Shown here piece after piece: positions 1 through 10,096 of a stretch of 64,000 bases of DNA. A program made the translations under genes and the position numbers. Below the pieces are notes generated by a model. That model ran no database searches. It was not told the DNA's origin and was given only the letters and a program-made list of their open reading frames with translations. The stretch spans positions 64,933 through 128,932 of the forward strand of contig JADJCR010000003.1 in the NCBI GenBank assembly GCA_016703125.1, read 5' to 3'. The first letter of the stretch is position 1. Each line of letters begins with the position of its first letter. The stretch is from Micrococcales bacterium. GTDB lineage: Bacteria; Actinomycetota; Actinomycetes; S36-B12; UBA10799.

Positions 1-46
1 ATGGGCTGGTTCGGCGGGACCAAGGGCCCGGTGCGGTGCTGAGGAC

Positions 47-523
47 ATGGTCAAGGAGAAGGGCCGCAAGGTCATCGCGGTGAACCGCCGTGCGCGGCAC
101 GACTACGCCATCGAGGACACCTGGGAAGCAGGTCTGGTCCTGCGCGGGACCGAGGTCAAGTCCTTGCGTGCCGGCCGGGCGTCGCTGGTGGACGGGTACG
201 CCGAGGTCCGTGACGGCGAGGTGTGGCTGATGAACGTCCACATCCCGGAGTACGACCAGGGGACGTGGACCAACCATGAGCCGCGCCGGCCGCGCAAGTT
301 GCTGCTGCACGACTACGAGATCAACCGTCTGATCGGCAAGACCAAGCAGAGCGGCCTGACGCTGGTACCGATGAGCCTGTACTTCTCCGACGGCAAGGCC
401 AAGATCGAGATCGGTCTGGGCCGGGGCAAGAAGTCCCACGACAAGCGGCAGGACATCGCCGCGCGGGAGGCCAGGCGCGACGCCGAACGTGCGGTGGCTG
501 CGGCCCGACGCCGTGCTGACTGA
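47..523 (+). CDS. smpB: SsrA-binding protein SmpB
   Basis: 158-aa ORF with full-length SmpB family pattern ([16 protein letters not shown], LLLHxxEI, GKKxHDKR). Confidence 0.95.
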   Translation: MVKEKGRKVIAVNRRARHDYAIEDTWEAGLVLRGTEVKSLRAGRASLVDGYAEVRDGEVWLMNVHIPEYDQGTWTNHEPRRPRKLLLHDYEINRLIGKTKQSGLTLVPMSLYFSDGKAKIEIGLGRGKKSHDKRQDIAAREARRDAERAVAAARRRAD

Positions 524-1397
524 CGAGGACCTCCCCGCGCTCTGGCGTGAGTTGGGTATCCCGGGAATCGTCGACGTCCATACGCATTTCCTGCCGGCAC
601 CGGTGATGCGTGCGGTGTGGGCCTACTTCGACGAGGCGGAAGCCAACTACGGCGTGCCGTGGCCCATCACGTACCGCTGGCAGGACGACGCGCGGCTGGC
701 GCACCTGCGGGCGATGGGGGTGCTGAGGTTCACCGCCCTGGTCTACGCGCACAAGCCGGGCATGGCTCGGTGGCTCAACGACTGGTCGTTGGACTTCGCT
801 GCCAAGGTCCCGGACTGCCTGCCCACGGCGACGTTCTACCCGGAGGTGGGAGCTGCGGGGTACGTCCGGGACTCTCTGGATCGCGGCGCCCGGGTGTTCA
901 AGGTCCACGTCCAGGTGGGTGACTTCGACCCCCGGGACCGGCTCCTCGACCCGGTGTGGGATCTCCTCGCGCAAGCCCGCGCCCCCGTGGTGATCCACTG
1001 CGGCTCCGCGCCGCTGCCCGGCCGCTTCACCGGTCCCGGACCCATCGGCGAGGTGGCCCGGCGGTTCCCCGAGCTGCGGCTGATTGTGGCCCATCTGGGG
1101 GCGGGGGAATTCGCCGACTTCCTCCAGATGTGCCGGAGCCGACCGAACACCTGGCTGGACACGACCATGGGGCTCACGGACTTCATGGAGGAGATGACTG
1201 CGTATCCGCGGGAGTTGCTGCCCTCCCTACGGGAGGCCGCTGAGCAGGGCAAGGTGCTGTTCGGTTCGGACTTCCCGAACATCCCGTACCCCGTCGCCCA
1301 CCAGGTGCAGGTACTCATGGACCGCGACCTGGACATGCCGCAGATACTGTGGCACGCACCCGCTCATCTCTTCGGGCTGCAGGCCCCCGGGGCGTAG
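489..1397 (+). CDS. amidohydrolase-2 family metal-dependent hydrolase
   Basis: 302-aa ORF with an N-terminal DVHTHF metal-binding motif and a C-terminal GSDFP motif typical of the amidohydrolase_2 fold. Start is uncertain (GTG 489 or GTG 513); it overlaps the smpB stop. Confidence 0.7.
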   Translation: MRWLRPDAVLTDEDLPALWRELGIPGIVDVHTHFLPAPVMRAVWAYFDEAEANYGVPWPITYRWQDDARLAHLRAMGVLRFTALVYAHKPGMARWLNDWSLDFAAKVPDCLPTATFYPEVGAAGYVRDSLDRGARVFKVHVQVGDFDPRDRLLDPVWDLLAQARAPVVIHCGSAPLPGRFTGPGPIGEVARRFPELRLIVAHLGAGEFADFLQMCRSRPNTWLDTTMGLTDFMEEMTAYPRELLPSLREAAEQGKVLFGSDFPNIPYPVAHQVQVLMDRDLDMPQILWHAPAHLFGLQAPGA

Positions 1398-1429
1398 CGC
1401 CTGGGCCGCGCACCTGGCCCGTGGCAGCC

Positions 1430-2203
1430 TCAGCCGGTGTGCCGCGCGACCAGCACGGAGCACGACGCGTGGTTCGCGACCCCCGTCGCTGTCGATCCCG
1501 CCCGGAAGAGGGCAGCCTCGTTCAGGGACTCCCAGCGCGTCATCCCGCGACTGCCGATGGCCACGAGGTCGGGCTGCCAGTCCGCGATGTGGCGCAGGAT
1601 GACGTCGCGGGGCCGGTAGAAGACCTCGAGGTCGTCGGGACCCACCACCACCACGTCGACCGCCGCGACTTGCCCTTCCAGTCGCGCCCGGGCCTCCTCG
1701 GTCACCTTCTCGGCATCGGAGGTGCCATCCGAGATCGACAGCACGCGTACCTCCACGCCGGCGGACCACGGCATGGCCAGGACGGCCTGCTCGGCGGCCA
1801 GGGCATGACGTGAGCCGTCGTGAGCGAGCAGCACCCGCTGCGTGCGGTGTGCGCCGCGCACGATCACCGTCGGCGCGGTGGGCATGTCGATGAGCCATTC
1901 CGCCGTGCTGCCGATGTGCAGGGCCTTGAGCAGGCCGCGTCCCTTGCTGCCGACCACGAGCAGGTCGTAGTCCTTGCCGCGGGTGTGCAGGGCGAAACGT
2001 GGGTCCTCCTTGACGGTCTGCTCGTGCACCTGCACGGCGACCTCGGGCCGCAGGAGTTCGCGCACCGGACGCGCCTCCGGCGGGCTGCTGCCACTGACCG
2101 CACGCAGAACGTCGATGTCCCACCCGGGCCACTCGTGGCTGTTCACCCAGAGCCATGCCGCATCAGCGGATGTTGAACCGTCGTCACCAAAGAGAATCTT
2201 CAC
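1430..2203 (-). CDS. tandem universal stress protein (UspA family)
   Basis: Two USP domains (LLVVGSKGRG; IGSRGMT...GSTATGVANHASCSVLV). GTG start at 2203 is preceded by AAGGGG; the longer ORF N-terminus looks non-coding. Confidence 0.8.
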   Translation of the reverse strand: MKILFGDDGSTSADAAWLWVNSHEWPGWDIDVLRAVSGSSPPEARPVRELLRPEVAVQVHEQTVKEDPRFALHTRGKDYDLLVVGSKGRGLLKALHIGSTAEWLIDMPTAPTVIVRGAHRTQRVLLAHDGSRHALAAEQAVLAMPWSAGVEVRVLSISDGTSDAEKVTEEARARLEGQVAAVDVVVVGPDDLEVFYRPRDVILRHIADWQPDLVAIGSRGMTRWESLNEAALFRAGSTATGVANHASCSVLVARHTG

Positions 2204-2225
2204 AACACCACCCCTTGGTTCCAAC

Positions 2226-3737
2226 CTAGGTGACCGCGTCGTTTTGCGGGGGTCGGCGTCCGGACAACGGACTTCCCGCCCGGTGTCCCGCCAGGTATCT
2301 GCGGAGATCGGTGCGTATCGTGGTGGCCGCATCGAGCACGTAGTTCTGGCGCATGCGCCACGGCGCGCGCGTGCCCTGCTTCGGCAGCAGCGCCACGGAG
2401 CGCTGGATGTAGCCGGACTTCAGATCCATGAGCGGGAGCGGATCGAGTTGCTGGCGGGGCTGCGGCACCACCCAGTCGTAACCCCGCGCATCCATGAACC
2501 GCAGGACCTTGCACACCAGGCGCGAGGTCAGATCGGCGCGCAGGGTCCACGACGCGTTGGTGTAGTCCACGGCGAACGCGAAGTTGGGCAGGCCGCTGAT
2601 CATGGCCCCGAGCAGCACGAACTGGGCGGGCAGGTCGACGGCCCGGCCGTTCACCGTCGCCTCGACGCCGCCGTTGGGGCGCAGAAGCAGCCCAGTGGCG
2701 GTCACGATGATGTCGGCGGCCAGGACGCGGCCGGAGCGCAGGCGAACGCCCTCGGCGACGATCCGATCGATCTCGTCGGTGACGACGTCGGCCCGGCCCG
2801 AGCGGATCGCCCGGAACAGGTCCCCGTCGGGTGCCACGCAGACCCGCTGGTCCCATACGTCGTAGTCCGGGGTGAAGTGCGCATCCACCAAGCCCTCGTC
2901 ACCGAGTTCCCTGACCGCGAGCCGGTGGAGTAGCTTCGCGGCCGCGGTGGGGTAGCGCCGGCTGAAGCGGTAGAACGCGGTGCTGAAGGCGATGTTCTTC
3001 GCGCGGATCAGGCGGTGGGCGACCTGTGGCGGCAGGTGCTTGCGGGCGGCATCAGCCAGCGGGTCGGTGCTTGGCAGTGGGCTGATCCACGTGGGCGAGC
3101 GCTGCACCATGGTGATGTGCTCGGCCGTCGGGGCCATGGCGGGGATGAGCGTCACGGCTGTGGCGCCGGAGCCGATGACGACCACGCGCTTACCGGCATA
3201 GTCGAGGTCCTCGGGCCAGAACTGCGGGTGCACGAGGGTTCCTTGGAAGTCCACGAGGCCCGGCAAGTCCGGCAGGTATGCCTGCTCGTAGTCGTAGTAG
3301 CCGGCGCAGGAGTACAGGAAGTTGCACGTGATCGTGCGGTGGTCCGACAGGGTCAGGGTCCACGTGGCCGTGTCGGTGTCGAAGCCGGCGCGTGTCACGC
3401 GGCTGCCGAACTGGATATGCCGGTCGATGCCGAACTGCGCGGCCGTGTCCTCGATATAGGCCTTGATCGCCGGCCCGTGGGCCAGCGACATCTCATCGCG
3501 CCAGGGTTTGAACGGGAAGCCGAAGGTGTACAGGTCGGAGTCCGACCGGATGCCCGGGTACCTGAACAGGTCCCAGGTGCCGCCCATCGCCGTCCGCGCC
3601 TCGAGGATCGTGTACCTCTTGTCCGGGCAGGTCCGCTGCAGGTGGTAGCCGGCGTCGATGCCGGACAGCCCGGCGCCGATGATGATGACGTCGAAGTCGG
3701 GGCGCACGCATCCAGTCTGCTCGGTCCGCGCTGCCAC
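2226..3737 (-). CDS. FAD-dependent Baeyer-Villiger/flavin-containing monooxygenase
   Basis: 503 aa with two Rossmann motifs (IIIGAGLSG, VVVIGSGATA) and the BVMO fingerprint FxGxxxHxxxW (FQGTLVHPQFWP). Confidence 0.85.
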   Translation of the reverse strand: MAARTEQTGCVRPDFDVIIIGAGLSGIDAGYHLQRTCPDKRYTILEARTAMGGTWDLFRYPGIRSDSDLYTFGFPFKPWRDEMSLAHGPAIKAYIEDTAAQFGIDRHIQFGSRVTRAGFDTDTATWTLTLSDHRTITCNFLYSCAGYYDYEQAYLPDLPGLVDFQGTLVHPQFWPEDLDYAGKRVVVIGSGATAVTLIPAMAPTAEHITMVQRSPTWISPLPSTDPLADAARKHLPPQVAHRLIRAKNIAFSTAFYRFSRRYPTAAAKLLHRLAVRELGDEGLVDAHFTPDYDVWDQRVCVAPDGDLFRAIRSGRADVVTDEIDRIVAEGVRLRSGRVLAADIIVTATGLLLRPNGGVEATVNGRAVDLPAQFVLLGAMISGLPNFAFAVDYTNASWTLRADLTSRLVCKVLRFMDARGYDWVVPQPRQQLDPLPLMDLKSGYIQRSVALLPKQGTRAPWRMRQNYVLDAATTIRTDLRRYLAGHRAGSPLSGRRPPQNDAVT

Positions 3738-3766
3738 CGGCTGCCCGGTTGACGCAAGATGCGTAG

Positions 3767-4627
3767 GTGATCGCCGCTGCTCTCGTCGTTGCCACCTTTG
3801 CCGGGTGCCCGGTGTTCCCGGCTGACAACTACTGGAACACCCCGGTGGCAGACCTTCCGGTCCATGCCTCGTCGCAGGCTTGGCTCGACGCGATCGGCGG
3901 CACCTTCCTGCATCCCGACTTCGGCGGGCCGTCGTACGGCATCCCGATCACGGTGACGACGAAGAAGGCCCGTACGAAGGTGCGGTTCGACTACGCCGAC
4001 GAGAGTGACCACCGCCGCTACCCGTTGCGCTCCAGTACCCGGATCGAGGCGGGCAGCGACCGGCACGCGGTCGTGGTCGACCGCAAGCGGTGCCGCCTGT
4101 TCGAGACGTGGAACACCCGCCGGACGGCCAGTGGCTGGCGGGCCGGCTCCGGGGCGGTCTGGAACCTGCGGTCCAACGCTCTGCGTCCGGCCGGCTGGAC
4201 CTCGGCGGACGCGGCGGGGCTGCCCATCCTGCCGGGCCTGCTGCGCTGGTCCGAGGTGCGCTCCGGGCGGGTCGACCACGCCATCCGGTTCACAGCGCCG
4301 ACGACCGCCCCCCGTTACGTCTGGCCGGCACGGCACCAGGCCGGGGACGACCCCGGCGCCCCGCCCATGGGAGCCCGCTTCCGGCTGCGCACCGACTTCG
4401 ACGTCAGCGGATTCTCGCCCCACGCCCGCACGGTGCTGACCGCGATGCGGGACTACGGGCTGGTCCTGGCTGACAACGGCAGCGCTTGGTACTTCCAGGG
4501 GGCTACGAACGCCGCGTGGCCGGAGGGGCTACTGGACGAGCTCAAGTCGGTGCCCGCCGGGGCCTTCGAGGCGGTGGACACGTCGGGGATGGTGGTGTCG
4601 CCGGATTCCGCCCGGGCGCGGCGGTGA
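3767..4627 (+). CDS. conserved hypothetical lipoprotein
   Basis: 286-aa ORF with high GC3 and a short signal peptide ending in the lipobox FAGC. I cannot name a domain. Confidence 0.55.
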   Translation: MIAAALVVATFAGCPVFPADNYWNTPVADLPVHASSQAWLDAIGGTFLHPDFGGPSYGIPITVTTKKARTKVRFDYADESDHRRYPLRSSTRIEAGSDRHAVVVDRKRCRLFETWNTRRTASGWRAGSGAVWNLRSNALRPAGWTSADAAGLPILPGLLRWSEVRSGRVDHAIRFTAPTTAPRYVWPARHQAGDDPGAPPMGARFRLRTDFDVSGFSPHARTVLTAMRDYGLVLADNGSAWYFQGATNAAWPEGLLDELKSVPAGAFEAVDTSGMVVSPDSARARR

Positions 4628-4707
4628 GGAATAGTCCACAGGGTGGCGGCGTTCACTCAGTGGACCGGTGTCGCAGGGCGCCGGTACGCTGCAAGTACAA
4701 CTCAACA

Positions 4708-5071
4708 GGGGGTGAACGGTTTCGACAGCGGATGCTTCGACGAGAGAAGCGGGCTGAGGACGACGGTTATCTCATTAACGATCCGTCAAAAACACAAGTG
4801 CCGATACCAATCGCGCTGACTTCGCCCTCGCTGCCTAAGCGAGCGTGAGTCCGTCGGCCTACGGGTGCCTTCCCCGTAGTTCCCGGCGTCATCCAGAAGG
4901 CTTGCTGAGCGCCCCGATCACGGGGGCGTGAGGGACTCCAACAGTGATGTAGGCCGTGTTGGCGGATGGGTCGCACGAACCCGCCAGGCCGAATGCACCA
5001 CACCGCGACTGCGCCCGGAGAATGCTCCGATTTGCACCGTTGGACCCGGGTTCGATTCCCGGCACCTCCAC
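4708..5071 (+). ncRNA. ssrA: transfer-messenger RNA (tmRNA)
   Basis: The 5' GGGGGUG pairs with the 3' CACCUCC, including the G3:U wobble. T-arm GGTTCGATTCCCGG and discriminator A are present. An internal tag ORF at 4800-4838 encodes ADTNRADFALAA followed by a stop. Only the first C of the terminal CCA is encoded. Confidence 0.92.
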
Positions 5072-5109
5072 AAAGAGAAGAACCCCCAGGCTTGGGGGTT
5101 CTTCTCTTT
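5072..5109 (+). terminator. intrinsic terminator of ssrA
   Basis: Perfect 17-bp stem (5072-5088 pairs with 5093-5109), 4-nt loop GGCT, and a T-rich 3' side (TCTTTGTT). Confidence 0.85.
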
Positions 5110-5162
5110 GTTCGGCTGATACGGCGGGAATCGGGAGGAGGGCGCCGGAGGCGGCCGACGGC

Positions 5163-5177
5163 TCCCGGCACCTCCAC
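5163..5177. repeat. direct repeat of the tmRNA 3' terminus (candidate att remnant)
   Basis: TCCCGGCACCTCCAC is identical to 5057-5071 (3' T-stem, acceptor 3' strand, discriminator and C), 106 nt downstream. Confidence 0.6.
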
Positions 5178-5231
5178 GACCCCTCGGCGCGAAGTTGGCG
5201 GGTCGCGGCCCCGCGCACACGGCGGGGGAAC

Positions 5232-5296
5232 GAGGATGCCGACCGGGTGATCGCGCGGGCGGACCAAACGATGTACAGCGCGAAGCAGTCGGTCGC
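5232..5296 (+). pseudogene. orphan 3' fragment of a GGDEF-domain gene
   Basis: Translates to EDADRVIARADQTMYSAKQS, which fits the terminal GGDEF helix pattern (DAxxLxxxADxAMYxAK). No upstream GGDEF body and no start codon. Confidence 0.35.
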
Positions 5297-5326
5297 AACA
5301 TCGTCGTGGTGGTCTTGGCCCTTACG

Positions 5327-7304
5327 TCACAAGGTCAATCCGTCCGGATGGATGCTGTCCTCGGTGTCGAGCGGTCCGGCTGACAGCCACACGCCGATCT
5401 GGTCGGCCGGTATGGGCCGCGACCACAGGAATCCCTGCGCGATCCGGCCGCCGAGTGATTGCAGGACGTGCAGTTGCTGCTCGTTCTCGACGCCCTCGGC
5501 GATCACGTCGAGTTGCAGCGCCGAGGCCAGGCTTGAGGATCGCGTCGGCGATGGGCCGGTCGGAATGGTCGTCGGCACCGCCCAGGCCGTCGACGAATGA
5601 TCGGTCGATCTTCAGGGTCGCCACCGGCAGGCGCTTCAGGTAGGACAGCGAGGAGTACCCCGTGCCGAAGTCGTCGACCGCGAGGTTCAGACCCAGCGCT
5701 CGCAGGGCGTCGAGCGTTGTCAGCACTGGGTCCAGGTCGCCCATGAGTGCCGACTCGGTGATCTCCAGGTGCACGGCACTGGGCGGCACGCCTGCCTGCA
5801 GCATGGAATGGGCGACGTGTTCGACCAGGAGCGGGTCGAGCAGTTGTCGTGACGAGAGGTTCACCGCGACCCAGAGGTCGCGGGCCTGTGGTATCTCCGC
5901 GCGCCAGCGGCACAGGTCCGCAAGTGCCGCCTCGAGGACCCAGTCCCCGATGGCCAGGATCAACCCGGTCTCCTCAGCGGCCGGGATGAACGCATTCGGC
6001 GTCACCACGCCACGCTGTGGGTCGTCCCAACGGATCAGGGCTTCCAGGCCGACGGTCAGACCGGTGGCGGTGTCGACGATCGGCTGGTAGAGAAGGCGGA
6101 ACTCGTCGTTCTCCAGCGCCCGGTGCAGACCCATCGAGTCCTGCAGGCGCACCTCGGCCTGCTGGTGTATCGCATCGTGGAAGAGGACGACTTGATTGCG
6201 TCCGCGTTCCTTTGCCCGGTACATCGCCGCATCCGCGTCCCTGAGCAGGGTGTGGGGGTCAGCGTCCGGGCCAGCCATGGCCACCCCGATGCTGGCACTC
6301 ACGCTGGCCTGGGTGTGATGGGTGGAGAAGGGCTCGCGCAGGGCGTCCGCGAAGCGTGCGGCGAGCGATCCGACCTCCGCCGCGGTGACGTCGTCACAGA
6401 CGATGACGAATTCGTCGCCGCCGAATCGAGCCAGGGTGTCGCCTGCCCGCACGGCCCGCTGCAGGCGTGCGGCAACATCGATGAGCAGCGCGTCACCGGC
6501 GTGGTGGCCCAGGCTGTCATTCACGACCTTGAACAGGTCGAGATCCAGGAACATCACGGTGACCGCCCCGCCGCTGCGACGCGACCGTGCCAGCGCCTGC
6601 TCGATCCGGTCGGTCAGCAGCAGTCGGTTCGGCAGGCCGGTCAGTGGATCGTGCAGCGCCTGATGCTCCTGCTGGCGTGACATCTCCGCGGCCTTCTGGA
6701 CCGCCAGCAGAGGCAGCAGGATGAGTGGCAGCAACGTCCATGACATGGGATAGGCGACCGCGACGATGGCGATGAGCGGGGACAGCGCCAGCACGGCCAT
6801 CGTGGACACCGTGTAGAACCAGAACTCGTCGGAGAAGTCCTCCCACCAGGTGGTGCCCTCGTCGGCCAGTCCGGCCACGAGGGCGAGGTTGACCACGTGG
6901 TACACCGCCCACGAGCCGAGGATCCAGCCCAGATCGAGGGCCACGAACTGCGCCTGCGGGGCACTCGCGGAGGGGGTGATCCCGGCGACGACCAGCACGA
7001 GCCATGCCGCCGTGAGGCTGACGATGTACTGACCGACGTTGAAGAGGATCTTCCAGAGGGGCTTGCGCTGCAGGATCTCGGACAGCAGGATCGACCCGGC
7101 AAAGAGCAGGACTGCGGGGTAGAGGCCCCACAGGTACATGGTCGCGAAGACGAAGGCCAGCGTGATCGACACCGGGTTGCCGGCCAGCCGGGTCATCACG
7201 ATGGGACGCAACTCGCTCAGCACGATGATCACGACGATCATGAGCAGGGGCTCGCCGACCGTGCGCAGGTCCGCGGGCCGGGCATGGGCCAGGGACAGCG
7301 CCAC
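5327..7304 (-). pseudogene. membrane-bound GGDEF-EAL c-di-GMP turnover protein, frameshifted in the EAL domain
   Basis: Multi-TM N-terminus, then GGDEF (RFGGDEF) and EAL (EALIRW). The EAL C-terminus (LQLDVIAEGVENEQQ...QGFLWSRP) continues in the frame of ORF 5327-5578. One extra base near 5533-5536. Confidence 0.85.
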
Positions 7305-7580
7305 GATGGCCCAGCCGAGCCGTGCACAACTGCCAGGTCAGCGCGAACCGGCCCGGTCGCACCAGCGAGGGTCGCACCGCCGACATCCCCCACCTCCCTC
7401 ACTACCGCGGAAGATACCGTGATCCGCGGTGTGGAGGCGTGCGGACCGGCGAATGGCCGCAGCGCGCAGTCCGCCCGAACGGGCCGATCAGCAGGAACCC
7501 TCCGCGCGCCGCCGCAGACCACGCCAGCCACGGCCCTAGGGTGATGCGGGGAACTTCCCCGATCCATGGAGGGAGACAAC

Positions 7581-7967
7581 ATGAGCAAGACCCGCACGGT
7601 GCTGGCGCTGGGTACATCTGTGGCGCTCGCGGGGGGTGCCCTGTTCATGGGCGCCGGCGTTGCCACCGCGGCCAGCGACCCTGGTTTCACCAAGATCAAG
7701 GCGCCGAAGACGGTCACGGCGGGCCAGACGTTCCTCGTGAAGTGCCAGCTGGACACCTCCCAGAACAACTGGACCGGCGCCGACGCCGAACTGCTCGAGA
7801 AGGGCGCTCTGGTCAACGCCCACCGCACAGTGTCGTCCAACGGCGACTGCAGCATGCACGTGGTCCTCACCGCCACCGGCAACCGCAAGATCCGGGTGGT
7901 CGTAGAGCAGAACCTCGGTGCGATCCAGACCAAGTGGCTGAAGGTCAAGGTCAACCCGGCCTCCTGA
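7581..7967 (+). CDS. small secreted hypothetical protein
   Basis: ATG at 7581 lies 6 nt after GGAGGGAG. Signal peptide ends in VATAAS. Beta-rich mature part. Confidence 0.55.
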   Translation: MSKTRTVLALGTSVALAGGALFMGAGVATAASDPGFTKIKAPKTVTAGQTFLVKCQLDTSQNNWTGADAELLEKGALVNAHRTVSSNGDCSMHVVLTATGNRKIRVVVEQNLGAIQTKWLKVKVNPAS

Positions 7968-8050
7968 CCACCCGCAGCCCCGGAGCCACGCCGGCACCGG
8001 GGCTGCGGCGTGTGCGGTGGGACAATGGGGATGGCTGTAGGGGAGGTGTC

Positions 8051-8491
8051 ATGGAACCGGTACGCAGTGCGGGTGCCTATCGCACGAACATGACAGCAAT
8101 GGGGGTCCGTCCAGGTGCTCTGACGTTGGCCGACGGCAGGTTGTCGTTCCTGGCCGACGACGGTCAGACCCTCTTCGACGCGCCGGTCGAGGAGTTCCAC
8201 TCGGTCGCGCTGGCGGAGATGAACGAGACCCTGGAGATCTGGCAGGGCGCAACCCGGCACCGGATCTCGCTGGCCGTGGGAGGTCCGTTGCTCGGGAACA
8301 TGGTCGGTGAGTTCGAGTCCGATACGCTCGCCAAGCGCTGGCGCGACCTCCTCGCGCCGCTCGTGGGTGCGGTGCCGCCCGGCGTGACGGTCAAGAAGCC
8401 GATGAGCAAGGGCGTGCAGTTGACCCTGGCCCTGCTGTTCAGTCTGGTCGTCGTGATCGCCGTTCTCGTCGCCGTGTTCATGCTGAGTTGA
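8051..8491 (+). CDS. hypothetical protein with C-terminal transmembrane anchor
   Basis: ATG preceded by GGGAGG; high GC3; C-terminal hydrophobic helix LTLALLFSLVVVIAVLVAVFML. Confidence 0.5.
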   Translation: MEPVRSAGAYRTNMTAMGVRPGALTLADGRLSFLADDGQTLFDAPVEEFHSVALAEMNETLEIWQGATRHRISLAVGGPLLGNMVGEFESDTLAKRWRDLLAPLVGAVPPGVTVKKPMSKGVQLTLALLFSLVVVIAVLVAVFMLS

Positions 8492-8527
8492 CCCCCGCGA
8501 GGTGCGGTCGGCGGTAGGTTCAGGCTC

Positions 8528-10048
8528 GTGACGGATCCCCTTGATGAACTGCGCCGCCGCCGGGCGCTCGGCGAGGACGCCGCCCGGCCCGACAAGGTCG
8601 CGGCCCGGCATGACCGCGGGGGCCGCACCGCTCGCGAGAACATCACCCACCTGCTCGATGCCGGTTCGTTCGTGGAGTACGGCCGACTGGCCACCGCGGC
8701 GCAGGAACAGGTGATGGCGGTGGAGGAGTTGATGGCACGCAGCCCTGCGGACGGACTGGTCGCCGGACTCGGATCGGTGGCGGGACGATCGTGCGCGGTG
8801 CTGTCGTACGACTACCTGGTCATGGCCGGCACGCAGGGCATCCGTGGCCACCACAAGTCCGATCGCCTGCTGGGGCTGATCGAGGATCTGGCGCTGCCGA
8901 CGGTGTTCTTCGCCGAGGGCGGCGGCGGCCGGCCCACGGACACCGACTACCCGGTGGTCTCGGCGCTGGATGTACGGACCTTCGCACTGTGGGCCAGGCT
9001 GTCGGGGGTGGTGCCCCGGATCGCGGTGGTGGCCGGGCGGTGTTTCGCCGGCAACGCGATCATTGCCGGGTCATCGGACCTGATCGTCGCCACCCGCACG
9101 TCCACCATGGGTGTGGCCGGGCCGGCGATGATAGCCGGTGCCGGGCTCGGCGATTATCGCGCCGAGCAGATCGGTCCGGCTGAGACGATGGCCGCCAACG
9201 GCGTCATCGATGTGCTCGTCGACGACGAGCAGCAGGCGGTGGCGGTCACCCGAGCACTGCTGTCGATGTTCGCCGGGGACGGCCCGGTGGCAGGGGCAGC
9301 CGATCAGAGAGTGCTGCGTGAGGCGCTGCCGGAGCGGGAACGACAGGCGTATGACGTGCGACCGATCATCAGCACGCTGGCGGACACGGATTCGGTGATC
9401 TTCCTTCGTGAGGCCTTCGCGCCGGAACTGGTCACCGCGTTCGCCCGGATCGGTGGGCGCCCGGTCGGGGTGATCGCCAACCAGACACTGCACATGGCCG
9501 GCGCGCTGACCGCGGATGCCGGGGACAAGGCCGCGCGGTTCGTGCAGTTGTGCGACGCGTTCGGCATCGCCCTGGTGTCGCTGGTCGACACACCGGGGAT
9601 CATGGCGGGTCCCGACGCCGAGCGGACCGCGATCGTGCGCCACGCCTCGCGCCTGCTGGTCGCCACCGCGCGGTTGAGCGTCCCCCTCATCGGCATCGTC
9701 CTGCGGCGCGGGTACGGGCTGGGTGCCCAGGCCATGCTCGGCGGCAGCACGAAGGAGCCGCTGATGACGCTGGCGTGGCCTGCCGGGCACATGGGCCCGA
9801 TGGGCCTCGAAGGTGCCGTCAGGCTGGCGATGGGTAAACAACTGGACATGATCGAGGACCCGGTGCAGCGCCAGGAGCGGACGCGGGAGGCGACGCAGGC
9901 CTACCGCGAGCACGTCACCGTGTTCAACGCGGCCCGGCTGTTCGAGATCGATGATGTGATCGACCCTGCCCAGACCCGGGACGTGATCGTGCGACTGCTG
10001 GCCGCGGCCCCGTCCACGCCGAGTGGTCGCGTCGTCGACACCTGGTGA
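8528..10048 (+). CDS. acyl-CoA carboxylase carboxyltransferase (beta) subunit family protein
   Basis: 506 aa with two carboxyltransferase halves (MAGTQG...FFAEGGGGR; VDTPGIMAG). No biotin carboxylase is adjacent. Confidence 0.85.
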   Translation: MTDPLDELRRRRALGEDAARPDKVAARHDRGGRTARENITHLLDAGSFVEYGRLATAAQEQVMAVEELMARSPADGLVAGLGSVAGRSCAVLSYDYLVMAGTQGIRGHHKSDRLLGLIEDLALPTVFFAEGGGGRPTDTDYPVVSALDVRTFALWARLSGVVPRIAVVAGRCFAGNAIIAGSSDLIVATRTSTMGVAGPAMIAGAGLGDYRAEQIGPAETMAANGVIDVLVDDEQQAVAVTRALLSMFAGDGPVAGAADQRVLREALPERERQAYDVRPIISTLADTDSVIFLREAFAPELVTAFARIGGRPVGVIANQTLHMAGALTADAGDKAARFVQLCDAFGIALVSLVDTPGIMAGPDAERTAIVRHASRLLVATARLSVPLIGIVLRRGYGLGAQAMLGGSTKEPLMTLAWPAGHMGPMGLEGAVRLAMGKQLDMIEDPVQRQERTREATQAYREHVTVFNAARLFEIDDVIDPAQTRDVIVRLLAAAPSTPSGRVVDTW

Positions 10049-10096
10049 ACGCGCTCAGCGATTGCCCCGCCGGTGATCCGGTGCTTGTGTGGGGAT

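Noticed and set aside
1-42. Tail of an upstream plus-strand gene (...[12 protein letters not shown] then stop).
   Set aside because: It is too short to assign a family. FtsX is only a synteny-based guess.
4956-5600. 214-aa plus-strand ORF spanning the tmRNA 3' end and the GGDEF fragment.
   Set aside because: Only residues around 5232-5296 resemble a real domain. The rest overlaps the tmRNA gene and the antisense strand of the EAL gene.
7238-8854. Very long ORFs lying antisense to, or out of frame with, conserved genes. Examples: 321-1094(-), 3395-4423(-), 7238-8854(-), 21830-23593(-), 41716-43815(-), 50085-51800(-), 57400-59229(-).
   Set aside because: They are Arg/Pro/Gly/Ala-rich, low-complexity translations typical of spurious open frames in ~70 percent GC DNA. 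Each overlaps a gene with clear family motifs in a different frame, on either strand.
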